Below are positions 9,343 to 19,429 of a DNA stretch of 64,000 nt, in pieces (positions within the stretch are counted from its first letter, which is position 1; each line of letters opens with the position of its first letter). Position numbers and translations under genes: made by a program. The stretch comes from Candidatus Cloacimonadales bacterium. Lineage in GTDB: Bacteria > Cloacimonadota > Cloacimonadia > Cloacimonadales > JAFGVF01. The stretch is taken from the NCBI GenBank assembly GCA_963678315.1, contig OY782781.1, forward strand, positions 2,560,001 through 2,624,000, given 5' to 3'. The notes beneath the pieces were generated by a model. It had not been told where the DNA came from and did not search any database. It was given only the letters and a program-made list of their open reading frames with translations.

Positions 9343-10674
9343 ATGCATCAACAATTGAAAGATTATTTGAAAAAAGTTATTAATGATAACAAGTCTTATA
9401 AGTATGTTTTCACACATGGTGAATGGAAAACAGACTTCCTAAGATTTTTCCAGAGCCAGGTAAACTACAATATTTCAAAAGAAAGTGAATATCTTGATAT
9501 TAATATATATAAGGGTAAAAAATCATATAATTTAACAATTTCTAATCCTACTGAATCTAAAGTAGCTCAAAAACTTGAAGAAGCTTACCTATTTATAGAT
9601 AAGTTACCAGAAGATCCTGATTTTGTCGATATTGAAAAGGATACCAGTAAAACAGATGAAATTGCTAAAACAAATAACATAAAACACCTAGATTTAAGCA
9701 AGAAGATTGATATTTTAAAGAAATTTTCTGATATAGCAGAGAAACATGACTTCCAAATTTATGGTACATTTATTTGCAATTATGATGTTACAACTGTTAT
9801 CAATAGTAATGATCTTGAAAAAGTGAGCTATAACTCACCGATTATGTTAGAATTGAAGGCAGTTGCCAAAAGCAATATGGTAACTGTACTTGAGTCATTA
9901 GGTGGAGAGAACTTTGACAATCTTGATTTTGATGCTGCTTTAGCAAGTTTTGAACGTAAGATTAATGCAGCAAGAGCTCAAGTAATTGACGTTGAACCTG
10001 GACATTACGAAGTAATACTAGCTCCAAGATGTATTGGCGAGTACTTATCCTATTTAGGCTCTTCAATTAGTGCTGCTTCAATAGATAGAAAATCTTCATT
10101 CTTTGAAGGTAAAGAAGGTAAAAAAGTTTTTCCTGAAAATGTTACAGTATATGATGATCCTCATAATAAAGACTTAGTAAACTTTGACTACAATGGAGAT
10201 GGCCATAAAATAGATAAGTTAACAGTCATTGAAAAGGGTGTTTTCAAAAACTTCTTTGTAAACAACTATTGGGGTAATAAGACTGGTTTGGAAATAAATG
10301 GTAATCAAGGTTCATGCTTAGTTATGGAAACAGGAGATAAATCACTAGAAGAAATGATTTCAACTGTTAAAAAAGGTATCTTTGTATCAAGCCTGCACTA
10401 TATGAACTTCATTAATGTAAAAGAGACTTCTCTAACAGGTTTAACCAGAGATGGAACATTCTTAATTGAAGATGGTAAAATTACAAAAGTAATCAATAAT
10501 CTAAGATTTACTGAAAAAATAAGCTCAGTTATTGAAAACATTACTGAAATTGAGAATAATAGCTATCCAATACCATTCTCTTCTAACTATGGTTCTTTCG
10601 GTATCTACTCAAGTAAAATGCCACATGTCAAAGTTAGTAAATTCCATATCACATCTTCAACAAAAACCATTTAG
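9343..10674 (+). CDS. pmbA: TldE/PmbA family protein (non-catalytic subunit)
   Basis: TldD/PmbA motifs (EPGHYEVILAP, TGLTRDGTFLIEDG), no HExxxH. GGAGG RBS favours ATG 9343 over 9331. Confidence 0.8.
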   Translation: MHQQLKDYLKKVINDNKSYKYVFTHGEWKTDFLRFFQSQVNYNISKESEYLDINIYKGKKSYNLTISNPTESKVAQKLEEAYLFIDKLPEDPDFVDIEKDTSKTDEIAKTNNIKHLDLSKKIDILKKFSDIAEKHDFQIYGTFICNYDVTTVINSNDLEKVSYNSPIMLELKAVAKSNMVTVLESLGGENFDNLDFDAALASFERKINAARAQVIDVEPGHYEVILAPRCIGEYLSYLGSSISAASIDRKSSFFEGKEGKKVFPENVTVYDDPHNKDLVNFDYNGDGHKIDKLTVIEKGVFKNFFVNNYWGNKTGLEINGNQGSCLVMETGDKSLEEMISTVKKGIFVSSLHYMNFINVKETSLTGLTRDGTFLIEDGKITKVINNLRFTEKISSVIENITEIENNSYPIPFSSNYGSFGIYSSKMPHVKVSKFHITSSTKTI

Positions 10675-10679
10675 GAGGC

Positions 10680-12125
10680 ATGATGAAAAAACTAGTTTAT
10701 GATATAATTCAAAAATTGCATAAAAGAGAAATACAATTTGGAGATGTTAGATTTACTTCATCTGACTCTCAATCAATATACTTTGTAAGAAAAGATTTGA
10801 AACACATTTCTAAATCAACTGATGCAGAAGCTTTAGGTATTAGGGTGTTAGTTGATGGATGTTGGGGCTTTGCTGGAACTGACGTTTTAGATCATAGTAA
10901 GATAGATTCATTAATTACTCTTGCTATCTCTAATGCTAAACATAGTGCAAAGTTCAGACATACACCTGTTAGCTTCAAAGCAATTAAACCTACTACAGGC
11001 TCTTATATCTTCACTCCAAAAGAAGATCCTTTTGCAATGGAAGATGAAGAAAAAATAGCTTTCTTTAAGAATATTGCTGATAAATTGAATACAAATGTGA
11101 AAATAGTTCAATCAACAGTTGCTGCTGATTTCTACAGACAATACAAAATCTATGCTAACACAGAAGGTACTTTCGTTGATTCTTTAGTTTACGACACTAT
11201 GCCTTCAATGTCGGTTGTAGCCGTAGATGATAAAGGTATGCAAATGAGAACTTGGCCAGGACACATGAGTACACGTAGAGGTGGCTTTGAGGTTGTCAGA
11301 GAGGCTAAGTTAGAAGAAAATATAGATAGAATAGTTAAAGAAGTTATAGACCTTCTTGATGCTCCAACAATTGAAGAAGAAAAAGCTGATTTAATCATCG
11401 GTGGAGGACATTTAGCACTTCAATTACATGAGAGTGTTGGTCATGCTACTGAAGCTGATAGAATATATGGTATGGAAATTTCTTATGCAGGAAAAACATT
11501 CATAAAACCATCAATGCTTGGTAACTTCAAATATGGTTCAGATGTTGTTAATATTTATAGCGACAGTACCGATCCAAGAGGTATTGGCTATCACTTAGTT
11601 GATGATGAAGGTGTTCCAGGAAGAAGAGTTGATATTATCAAGAATGGTATTCTAATGGACCAGCAAACTTCAAGAGAAATTGCTCCACAACTGGGAGTTG
11701 AAGCATCTTCAAACATGATGGCTTCTTTTGCAGATGATTTCCCATTAGTTAGAATGACTAACTTCTGTCTAGCACCAGGTAATGCTGGAAGCTTAGAAGA
11801 TTTAATCAAAAATACTGAAAAAGGTTATTTAGTTGACTTCACAAAAACTTGGTCTATTGACGATAACCGTAACAACTTCCAATTCACTACAGAAATCGGT
11901 TACAAGATAGTAGACGGCGAAATAGTTGGAATAGTTAAAGAACCAACATATTTTGGTATTACACCTGAATTCTGGGCATCATGTGATGCTGTATGTTCAG
12001 AATCTGAATGGAACTTCCACGGTACTTCATACTGTGGTAAGGGTGAGCCTGGTCAAGCTATGCACTTATCTCATGGTGTAGCCCCAGCAAGATTCAAAAA
12101 TATTGTATGTAATGTAAAAGCTTAG
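10680..12125 (+). CDS. tldD: TldD metalloprotease
   Basis: HESVGHATEADR zinc motif, RMTN, C-terminal CGKG. Confidence 0.9.
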   Translation: MMKKLVYDIIQKLHKREIQFGDVRFTSSDSQSIYFVRKDLKHISKSTDAEALGIRVLVDGCWGFAGTDVLDHSKIDSLITLAISNAKHSAKFRHTPVSFKAIKPTTGSYIFTPKEDPFAMEDEEKIAFFKNIADKLNTNVKIVQSTVAADFYRQYKIYANTEGTFVDSLVYDTMPSMSVVAVDDKGMQMRTWPGHMSTRRGGFEVVREAKLEENIDRIVKEVIDLLDAPTIEEEKADLIIGGGHLALQLHESVGHATEADRIYGMEISYAGKTFIKPSMLGNFKYGSDVVNIYSDSTDPRGIGYHLVDDEGVPGRRVDIIKNGILMDQQTSREIAPQLGVEASSNMMASFADDFPLVRMTNFCLAPGNAGSLEDLIKNTEKGYLVDFTKTWSIDDNRNNFQFTTEIGYKIVDGEIVGIVKEPTYFGITPEFWASCDAVCSESEWNFHGTSYCGKGEPGQAMHLSHGVAPARFKNIVCNVKA

Positions 12126-12138
12126 TTTAATTATAAAC

Positions 12139-12176
12139 AAAAAGAAAGGCAGGAAATTAAGAATCCTGCCTTTTTC
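12139..12176. terminator. bidirectional Rho-independent terminator
   Basis: AAAGGCAGGA...TCCTGCCTTT flanked by A/T tracts between convergent genes. Confidence 0.8.
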
Positions 12177-12196
12177 TATATCATTATATTAAGAAT

Positions 12197-13147
12197 TTAC
12201 TTTAGTTTCTTGTTTAACTTTTCAAGCATATCAACTGTCATAGTTTCTAGATTATAAGTAGGATTCCAATTCCATTCTGCTCTTGCAGCACTATCATCCA
12301 TACTGTTAGGCCAAGATTCAGCAATAGCTTGTTTCATTGGATCTACATTATATGTTAATGTGAAATCAGGAATATGTTTCTTAATTTCTGAAGCGATGAT
12401 TTCTGGATCAAAACTCATTGAAGCAACATTGAAACAGTTTCTATGAATAAGTTTTGCAGGATCTGCTTCCATAACATCAACAGCAGCCTTTAAAGCATCT
12501 GCCATATACATCATATCAAGATATGTTCCTGCTGCAAGGTTTGAAGAATAAGTTTTGTTTTTAATAGCATCATAATAGATTTCCACAGCGTAGTCAGTTG
12601 TTCCACCACCTGGTAAAGTAACATAAGAAATAATTCCAGGGTATCTAACACCTCTAGTATCTACACCAAATCTTTTATAATAGTAATCACAAAGTATTTC
12701 ACCTGCTACTTTAGATACACCATAAATTGTTTTAGGACGCATGATAGTATCTTGAGGAGTGTTATCAAGTGGAGTTTCAGGTCCAAAGGCACCGATTGAA
12801 CTAGGAGTAAAAACTGCAATATTCTTTTCACGAGCTATTTCCAAACAGTTGAAAAGAACACCCATATTTAAATCCCAACCAAACTTAGGGTCTGCTTCTG
12901 CTTTAGCAGATAGCATTGCTACTAGATTATAAATTGTATCAATCTTGTATTTTTCAACAATCTCATTCATTTTATTGCCATCTAGAGCGCTAAATTTAAC
13001 AAATGGACCAGCTTCTAATAATTCTTTACAGCAATTATCATGAACATCAGATGCAACAACATTGTCAGTTCCATATATGCTTCTAAGATATGGTACTAAT
13101 TCAGAACCTATTTGTCCAGCTGCACCAATAACAAGGATATTCTTCAT
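12197..13147 (-). CDS. L-threonine 3-dehydrogenase (extended SDR type)
   Basis: GAAGQIG, YGVSK, PGGGTTDYA, LDMMYM motifs. Confidence 0.85.
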   Translation of the reverse strand: MKNILVIGAAGQIGSELVPYLRSIYGTDNVVASDVHDNCCKELLEAGPFVKFSALDGNKMNEIVEKYKIDTIYNLVAMLSAKAEADPKFGWDLNMGVLFNCLEIAREKNIAVFTPSSIGAFGPETPLDNTPQDTIMRPKTIYGVSKVAGEILCDYYYKRFGVDTRGVRYPGIISYVTLPGGGTTDYAVEIYYDAIKNKTYSSNLAAGTYLDMMYMADALKAAVDVMEADPAKLIHRNCFNVASMSFDPEIIASEIKKHIPDFTLTYNVDPMKQAIAESWPNSMDDSAARAEWNWNPTYNLETMTVDMLEKLNKKLK

Positions 13148-13206
13148 ATCATACTCCGTATTATTTATTTTTATAATGTAAATTTAAATAGCTATATTTT
13201 GTCAAT

Positions 13207-13233
13207 AAAAAAAGACTGCCTTTCAGCAGTCTT
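13207..13233 (-). terminator. Rho-independent terminator
   Basis: AAGACTGC...GCAGTCTT stem with a T-tract on the minus strand. Confidence 0.7.
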
Positions 13234-13251
13234 AAAAAAGATTGTAATTCT

Positions 13252-13605
13252 TTATTTTAATATTAGTGTTTTACGTTTAGTTACGAATCGTTTATGTTCT
13301 TTTACTTGTACAATGTAGTTGCCTGAACGAACTCTGTTTCCGTCACTTCCAACTCTATCCCATGTAAAAGAGTAATCTCCACTTTGTAAAAAGTCAGATA
13401 CTAGTGTTACCACAACGTTATTATTTGAGTCTAATATTTCAAGAGTTACATAGCAAGCACGTTCAATATCAAAACTGATATTAGTTGATTCTTTCATCGG
13501 ATTAGGACAAATATTTATATCAGAATCTTCTTTTACTATTTGCTCTTTACCCATAAGGGTTAAACTTAAAACTAATAATAATAATACAAATAATATTTTT
13601 TTCAT
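13252..13605 (-). CDS. signal peptide plus stand-alone FlgD-Ig/T9SS-like C-terminal sorting domain
   Basis: MKKILF... signal; CPNP...TNISF...ILD...TLV...G.Y...WD...G....SGNY...K..ILK pattern. Confidence 0.75.
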   Translation of the reverse strand: MKKILFVLLLLVLSLTLMGKEQIVKEDSDINICPNPMKESTNISFDIERACYVTLEILDSNNNVVVTLVSDFLQSGDYSFTWDRVGSDGNRVRSGNYIVQVKEHKRFVTKRKTLILK

Positions 13606-13658
13606 AATTCCTCCACTGAATATTAATATGCAATATATATTCCTAAAAAAGGGAATAA

Positions 13659-16142
13659 TTATTTAGTTGCTATATCAATTTTATCTTTGGCATCTAAGGC
13701 TAATGCATAATACTCTTTCATATGTGCAAATGGATGAGTGTTAAAGCCAGAATATTCTTTGTTTACATGCTCTTCAATAGAATTATAAATATCAATAATC
13801 TTATTAAAATTATTTAAAGCACTTTCGTAATTTTCATTCTGGTAATCTGCCATACCTGTTTGATAAAAATCTGAACAGTAGAAAGATATCAATCTAGAAG
13901 TAGTGTAATCTTTATAAACATCATCAGATCTTGTAGCGTTAACTACGTATACATTATTAACATTATTTCTTGTCTTTGTAATATTGATTACAGCTGAATT
14001 ATTACTCATTCTATCATACTTAAGCTTAAACACCATTCCATGTTTTTCTAGATAAGGATCTAAGCCAAAATACTGACCACCTACAGTTGAGGCGAAATAG
14101 ATTGGTCTTTTACCAAGATTATCACGAATAATTTGAATTGCAGCCTTATCTTGACCTCTCCAATAACCCATAGGCAAGTGATTAACTAGAAGTTCTCCCT
14201 TTGGAGTAGTTTTAAAAACTGTATGGTTAAATCTCTCTCCAGTAGGAAGCATTGTTTTGATTGAATTAGTAGCAAGAGAAGTTTCGTCAGCTCTCACAGG
14301 AGTAACAAGTTCTTCGATTTGGTTATCTGCTAAAGTAAAGTTGATACCTTCCCTATCTCGGAGTTGTCTCACATACCAAGCAGTATTAAGCAATGAGTAG
14401 TTAGCTATTGTCACATCTGTTCTGATACCTTTACATTGAGAATTTTTAAATCTAACAGCTTCATCAATTTTAACTTGTAATAGACTGTCTACATAAACAG
14501 TTGGATCTGATTCAATGAAACTTGGTGAGTTATTAATGATGTATGGGTCTTTCACAGCTTGAGCATACCATAATGGGAATGTATCATTATCTCCATTAGT
14601 AAAGATGATTGCATCCTTTTCCAAAGAGTTTAAGAAATTCATACCATACTCTGCAGCAATATAATCTTTTGATCGATCATGTTGATGATATTGAGTAATT
14701 AGAGTTATTGTAGGAGCTATTAATGCTAACACTGTTACAGCCCAAAATAATTTCTTAGAGTTAAAAATATTCTTTAAGAAATAAACTAAACCTATCCCCA
14801 TCCAGATTGTCCACAAATTATAAGCAGTAACAAAGAAATAATCTCTAGGTCTTGGAGTTTCTGCAGGTATGTTCATTACAAAGACCATTGCAATTGAACC
14901 CATAAAGAATAAAGAGAATAAGTATGTAAAAGCATGTTTATTCTTTCTTAAATTAACAATAATTCCGTATATACCAGCAATCCAAGTAACTAAAGCAGAT
15001 AGGACAAGTAAAGCCATTCTTACTATAGAACTTGAGCTGTATTTTATATTGAAGAACTGTTCATCAAAATAACTTAAGAAGTGTTTACCCATTTGAACAG
15101 TTATAAAATTACCATTTCTATCTGCGATATTAGTACCACCAAATTGTTCACGATTAAAGTATCTCCAGAAGCTATCCCATGTTTGAGGATCACCTTCATT
15201 GATAAAAGGTCTGAATGAAGCTCTGATAGGGATATATAAATGTGAAGAGAACCCAATAATGATAGCAAATAGAGCTAATATCCAAGCTGTTTTTGAGACT
15301 TTATCTCTAAGGAACCACATCAAAACTGCAGCACAAGCTACTGCGAAGATTGGTTGTGAAAATTGTTCATTTTGCTTGTTAACTATTACGTAAAAAGCAA
15401 TTAAACCAGCAATTATTGAACTAGTTTTAACCCAAAACTCATTTGTTTTAAAATAAGGTTGAATCATAGGATAAACTGCAATCAACAATACTGCAGGCAC
15501 AATTTGTAGAACAGTTTGATGGAATCCAAACCCTAAAAAGAATAGATATATTATAAGTAAAAAATACTTCTGATGAGATAAATCTTCTGATTTTTGGACC
15601 CATATTAATAGTAGATATATGATGAAGTTAATAAAGAAGGCTAGTCCAGAATAAACTTCAGCTTCAATACTATTGGTCCAGAAGGTGTATGAAAAAGCAG
15701 TAAATAAAGATGCAACAATGCTTATTAATACAGCAACATTAGCTTTCTTTTCAAACATACTAACTAATTTCATAGACATCAGATAGGTAAACATTACTGC
15801 TAATGCTCCCAAAAGAGAAGAATAGAAACTAGCTATTTGAGGTTCAGACATTCCTAAACCAAGTAAGTTAAGAAATCTACCCACAATAACATAAATAGGG
15901 TTACCAGGTGCATGAAGCACTGAAAAGTTGCTAATTGTTGTTGCATATTCACCTGCATCCCAAAATGAGAGTGAAGGTGCATTTGTTAATTGATAGATAA
16001 TAAGTGTAAATATAAAAACTACAAAAGCAATTATACCATTACTCTTAGGAGCAATAATTTGCTGAGGTTTCATAGTTTTAATGTCATTTACTAAAGTTTT
16101 GGGAACTTTAAACCCTGCCTTTGTTTTGATATCTTTTTTCAT
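13659..16142 (-). CDS. DUF2723 (TMEM260-like) GT-C membrane glycosyltransferase
   Basis: SFWDAGEY, HAPGNP, EAEVYS, TNGDNDTFPLWY, YSLLNTAWY motifs; many TMs; TPR-like tail. Confidence 0.85.
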   Translation of the reverse strand: MKKDIKTKAGFKVPKTLVNDIKTMKPQQIIAPKSNGIIAFVVFIFTLIIYQLTNAPSLSFWDAGEYATTISNFSVLHAPGNPIYVIVGRFLNLLGLGMSEPQIASFYSSLLGALAVMFTYLMSMKLVSMFEKKANVAVLISIVASLFTAFSYTFWTNSIEAEVYSGLAFFINFIIYLLLIWVQKSEDLSHQKYFLLIIYLFFLGFGFHQTVLQIVPAVLLIAVYPMIQPYFKTNEFWVKTSSIIAGLIAFYVIVNKQNEQFSQPIFAVACAAVLMWFLRDKVSKTAWILALFAIIIGFSSHLYIPIRASFRPFINEGDPQTWDSFWRYFNREQFGGTNIADRNGNFITVQMGKHFLSYFDEQFFNIKYSSSSIVRMALLVLSALVTWIAGIYGIIVNLRKNKHAFTYLFSLFFMGSIAMVFVMNIPAETPRPRDYFFVTAYNLWTIWMGIGLVYFLKNIFNSKKLFWAVTVLALIAPTITLITQYHQHDRSKDYIAAEYGMNFLNSLEKDAIIFTNGDNDTFPLWYAQAVKDPYIINNSPSFIESDPTVYVDSLLQVKIDEAVRFKNSQCKGIRTDVTIANYSLLNTAWYVRQLRDREGINFTLADNQIEELVTPVRADETSLATNSIKTMLPTGERFNHTVFKTTPKGELLVNHLPMGYWRGQDKAAIQIIRDNLGKRPIYFASTVGGQYFGLDPYLEKHGMVFKLKYDRMSNNSAVINITKTRNNVNNVYVVNATRSDDVYKDYTTSRLISFYCSDFYQTGMADYQNENYESALNNFNKIIDIYNSIEEHVNKEYSGFNTHPFAHMKEYYALALDAKDKIDIATK

Positions 16143-16155
16143 ACAAACTCCAATA

Positions 16156-17253
16156 TTATTTCAACCCAGATTTAGCTGTAGAAGCAATAATCTGTTTTTG
16201 TGCAATAAAGAATAGAAGCACAAGTGGTAATATACTAAATGTAGATGCTGCCATAAGCAGTGCAGTTTCTGAACCTGATTCTTGACTGAAAGAACTTAAA
16301 CCAACTTGTAAAACTCTTAAGTTCTCACTATCAGTCATAACTAATGGCCACATAAAGCTATTCCAAGATCCGATAATAGAGAATATTGATGCAGTGGCAA
16401 TCACAGGTTTAGAAAGAGGTAATACTATTTTCCAAAGAACGCCAAATCTACTACAACCATCAATAGAAGCGGCATCAAATAGTTCTTGTGGAATTGTTTT
16501 AAACTGTTGTCTAAATAAGAATATAGTAAATATGTTAGCTACCCAAGGCACAATAAGTGCGAAATATGTATCAACCAACCCCATTGTACTTAGTACAATA
16601 TAGGATGGAATTAAATATATAGGTTGGGGAACCATCATCATACTAACAAGTAAATAGAATAGAAAGTCTCTACCATAAAACTTCATTCTAGCAAATGCGT
16701 AAGCAGCAAGTGCTGAAGTAATAAGTACACCCAAAAGCGTAAATATTGCAACAATTATAGTATTTTTAAGAAGCATAGGAAAATCTACTTTTTCCCAAGC
16801 AGTTTTGAAATTAGAGAAGAAAGGTCTTACAAAGCTTTCATCAGTAATTTCATCTTTATGGACCATTTTATATTCAAGTTTAGATTCTTTAGATAAAGTA
16901 ACTTTCTTACTTGTGTTTATTATAGAACCATCTTCAGCGACTTTCTTTAAGTTTAACTCATAAGAAATGTCTCTATTAATATTTTCTGGATGCCTAATTA
17001 TACTTCCATCATCATTGAAAATACTTACCAGAACAGAGTCTCCAATTGCTAAAGCTCTGCTAGCTTTTCTATCAGTTCCATTATGTGTTATATGAGTTGA
17101 ATTATTATCCCAGTTAAAGCCGATATTTCCAGCATTAATTTCAGATTGATCTTTAAGAGCTGTATTTATCATCCATAAGAATGGTATAACCATTGTTACA
17201 CCTAAGACAACTAAAAGAGTATATATTAAAACACTATTTGGTGAAATCTTCAT
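16156..17253 (-). CDS. carbohydrate ABC permease (MalG-type) with periplasmic insertion
   Basis: AAYAFARM, EAA-loop variant ELFDAASIDG, WNSFMWPL. Confidence 0.9.
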   Translation of the reverse strand: MKISPNSVLIYTLLVVLGVTMVIPFLWMINTALKDQSEINAGNIGFNWDNNSTHITHNGTDRKASRALAIGDSVLVSIFNDDGSIIRHPENINRDISYELNLKKVAEDGSIINTSKKVTLSKESKLEYKMVHKDEITDESFVRPFFSNFKTAWEKVDFPMLLKNTIIVAIFTLLGVLITSALAAYAFARMKFYGRDFLFYLLVSMMMVPQPIYLIPSYIVLSTMGLVDTYFALIVPWVANIFTIFLFRQQFKTIPQELFDAASIDGCSRFGVLWKIVLPLSKPVIATASIFSIIGSWNSFMWPLVMTDSENLRVLQVGLSSFSQESGSETALLMAASTFSILPLVLLFFIAQKQIIASTAKSGLK

Positions 17254-17262
17254 AATTATCTC

Positions 17263-18201
17263 CTATTCGTAAGTAACATGCTTTTCAAGTTTTCTTTGGA
17301 ATAGAGTTAATCCAAGAATCACAGCAAATAATAAAAGAGCTATTGCGTTAGCATAACTATAGTTACCGTCATTAAAACCAACATCGAATATATAATATAC
17401 AATTAAAGATGTTGTTCCGCTTGGTCCTCCGATTGGAGGTCCAGTCATTAAATATATCTGAGAAAAAGCTTGGAATGTTACAATTGTAGTCATCATTAAA
17501 ACATAGTAGGTTGTAGGTGAAACTAATGGTAATGTTATATTGAAGAATTGTCTTCTCTTTGAAGCGCCATCAATTGAGGCTGCTTCATAATAGTCCTTAG
17601 AGACATTCTGCAAACCAGCTAAATAGATTATGGTGTTATAACCAATGCTTTTCCATATAGTAACAATCATAACTGAGAAAAGAGCTAAAGAAGGTCCACC
17701 AGCCCAATCTGGTAAAGTTACTCCAAAATTATTAAACAAGAGTGTAAATATTCCTGTAGGTTCATTAAGCCATTTTAACGAATCAATACCAATTGTATTG
17801 AGAATATAATTTAATAGGCCACTTCTTTCTTGAAACATAATTTTCCAAACAATAGATACTGCTACCATTGAGGTAACGTATGGCAAGAAGTAAGCCGTTC
17901 TAAAAAAGCCCCTTAGTTTTTTAATATTATTTAATAATGTTGCAAAAAATAGTGATAAGACCACTGTTACTGGAACCACTATGGCAACAAACCAAATAGT
18001 ATTAGTAAATGATTGAATTAGTTCTTTATCTTTAAATAGCTCTATATAGTTTTCCAACCCAACAAAGCCACCAACTCCGCTTTGTTTCCAGTCAAAGAAA
18101 CTAATTACAAACGATAAAAATATCGGTAACAACCTAAATGCAAAGATGATTATCATTGCTGGTAAAATATACAAATATGGGCTTAATTTACTTCGCTTCA
18201 T
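17263..18201 (-). CDS. carbohydrate ABC permease (MalF-type)
   Basis: YLAGLQNV...YYEAASIDGA; likely start MKRSK at 18201. Confidence 0.9.
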   Translation of the reverse strand: MKRSKLSPYLYILPAMIIIFAFRLLPIFLSFVISFFDWKQSGVGGFVGLENYIELFKDKELIQSFTNTIWFVAIVVPVTVVLSLFFATLLNNIKKLRGFFRTAYFLPYVTSMVAVSIVWKIMFQERSGLLNYILNTIGIDSLKWLNEPTGIFTLLFNNFGVTLPDWAGGPSLALFSVMIVTIWKSIGYNTIIYLAGLQNVSKDYYEAASIDGASKRRQFFNITLPLVSPTTYYVLMMTTIVTFQAFSQIYLMTGPPIGGPSGTTSLIVYYIFDVGFNDGNYSYANAIALLLFAVILGLTLFQRKLEKHVTYE

Positions 18202-18385
18202 ACCTTGTCCTATGTTTTTTTTCAAATATGTTTGATAGATATTTATTGTCAAATAATTTATACTTAACAATGGTTAAAGTAATTTTTTCTTGTTGCTAAA
18301 GATATATTTGGCTAAGCTAGAATACTACTCATTCAATCATCATAATTATAGTTTGTAAAGTTATTGTATGCTTCATCCATTCTTA

Positions 18386-18428
18386 CCTCCTGCATTAAAT
18401 TAACTTTTTATGCAGGAGGCAAGCAAGG
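18386..18428. repeat. palindromic repeat (CCTCC...GGAGG family)
   Basis: CCTCCTGCAT...ATGCAGGAGG followed by CAAGCAAGG; related copies at 7693, 26660, 50712 and 63210. Confidence 0.7.
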
Positions 18429-18510
18429 ATGACCTAAGAATTAAGACCTCACAATATTGTAAGGCCTTAAAATATTTATGTTGAGACTATGTTGATAATT
18501 TAAATAAATA

Positions 18511-19005
18511 TTAGATTTTTAGATGGTCAACATATTTTTTGGGTCCACCCTGCCTATATCCTGTTTTTTGGGTAACATTTCCTTCACTATCAGTAATTAG
18601 AATTGTTGGGAACCCTTGAACACCGTATTTCTTTAGGTATTTTTCACGTTCAGCCATTATTTCTGGTGGGACCATTGTTTTCCTAGGAAAGTCTAGTTTT
18701 AAAAGAACTAAATTGTCTTTTGCAAACTCAGCAAATCCTCTTCTTGAAAAAACTTCATCATCCAATTTGATACACCAACCGCACCAGTCAGAACCTGAGA
18801 AATTAATTAGAACCTTCTTATTTTCTTTCTTGGCAAGCGCCATTGCTTCATCATAATCTTCAAGCCATACTGATTCTACTTTTTCCATTGCAGGATCTAC
18901 TTTCTTAAGTTCTGCAGAATCACTAGCCATATTCTTTGCTTCGCTTTTACAAGAGCAAAAGATTAGGGGTAACAACAGTAGAATAAATCCATATCTTAGT
19001 TTCAT
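18511..19005 (-). CDS. thioredoxin-family lipoprotein
   Basis: Signal peptide ending in Cys (IFCSC), GSDWCGWC, GFPT. Confidence 0.85.
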   Translation of the reverse strand: MKLRYGFILLLLPLIFCSCKSEAKNMASDSAELKKVDPAMEKVESVWLEDYDEAMALAKKENKKVLINFSGSDWCGWCIKLDDEVFSRRGFAEFAKDNLVLLKLDFPRKTMVPPEIMAEREKYLKKYGVQGFPTILITDSEGNVTQKTGYRQGGPKKYVDHLKI

Positions 19006-19421
19006 ACTTCTTCCCCATTAACTAGAATTTTGGTTTCAATTTCACTAGCCTTTTTAAGCATAGCAGAAACTCCACAATATCTTTCTTCTGAAAGGTTTAC
19101 TGCTTTTTTTATCTTATCTACTGGAAGATTTGAGCCTTCGAAAACATAGTTCATATAAATCTTTTTGTAGTATTTCGGATGTTCTTCAGTCATATCTGCA
19201 TCCATTTCTATCCAGAACTTATAGTCTTCAACTTTCATTTTTTTTAGAATTGAAACAACATCCATACCTGTGCACCCAGAAAGAGCAGTAAGTAGAAGAG
19301 CTTTAGGTCTAGGACCTTGATCTTCCCCACCCACTTTATCAGTTGCATCTAAAATTACATGATGTCCATCGAGTTCAGAATCAAACATCATTTTGTTTTT
19401 CCAAGTAGTTTTTACTAACAT
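19002..19421 (-). CDS. OsmC family protein
   Basis: GPRPKALLL, SGCTGMDV, RYCGVSAML. Confidence 0.9.
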   Translation of the reverse strand: MLVKTTWKNKMMFDSELDGHHVILDATDKVGGEDQGPRPKALLLTALSGCTGMDVVSILKKMKVEDYKFWIEMDADMTEEHPKYYKKIYMNYVFEGSNLPVDKIKKAVNLSEERYCGVSAMLKKASEIETKILVNGEEV

Positions 19422-19429
19422 TATATCAT

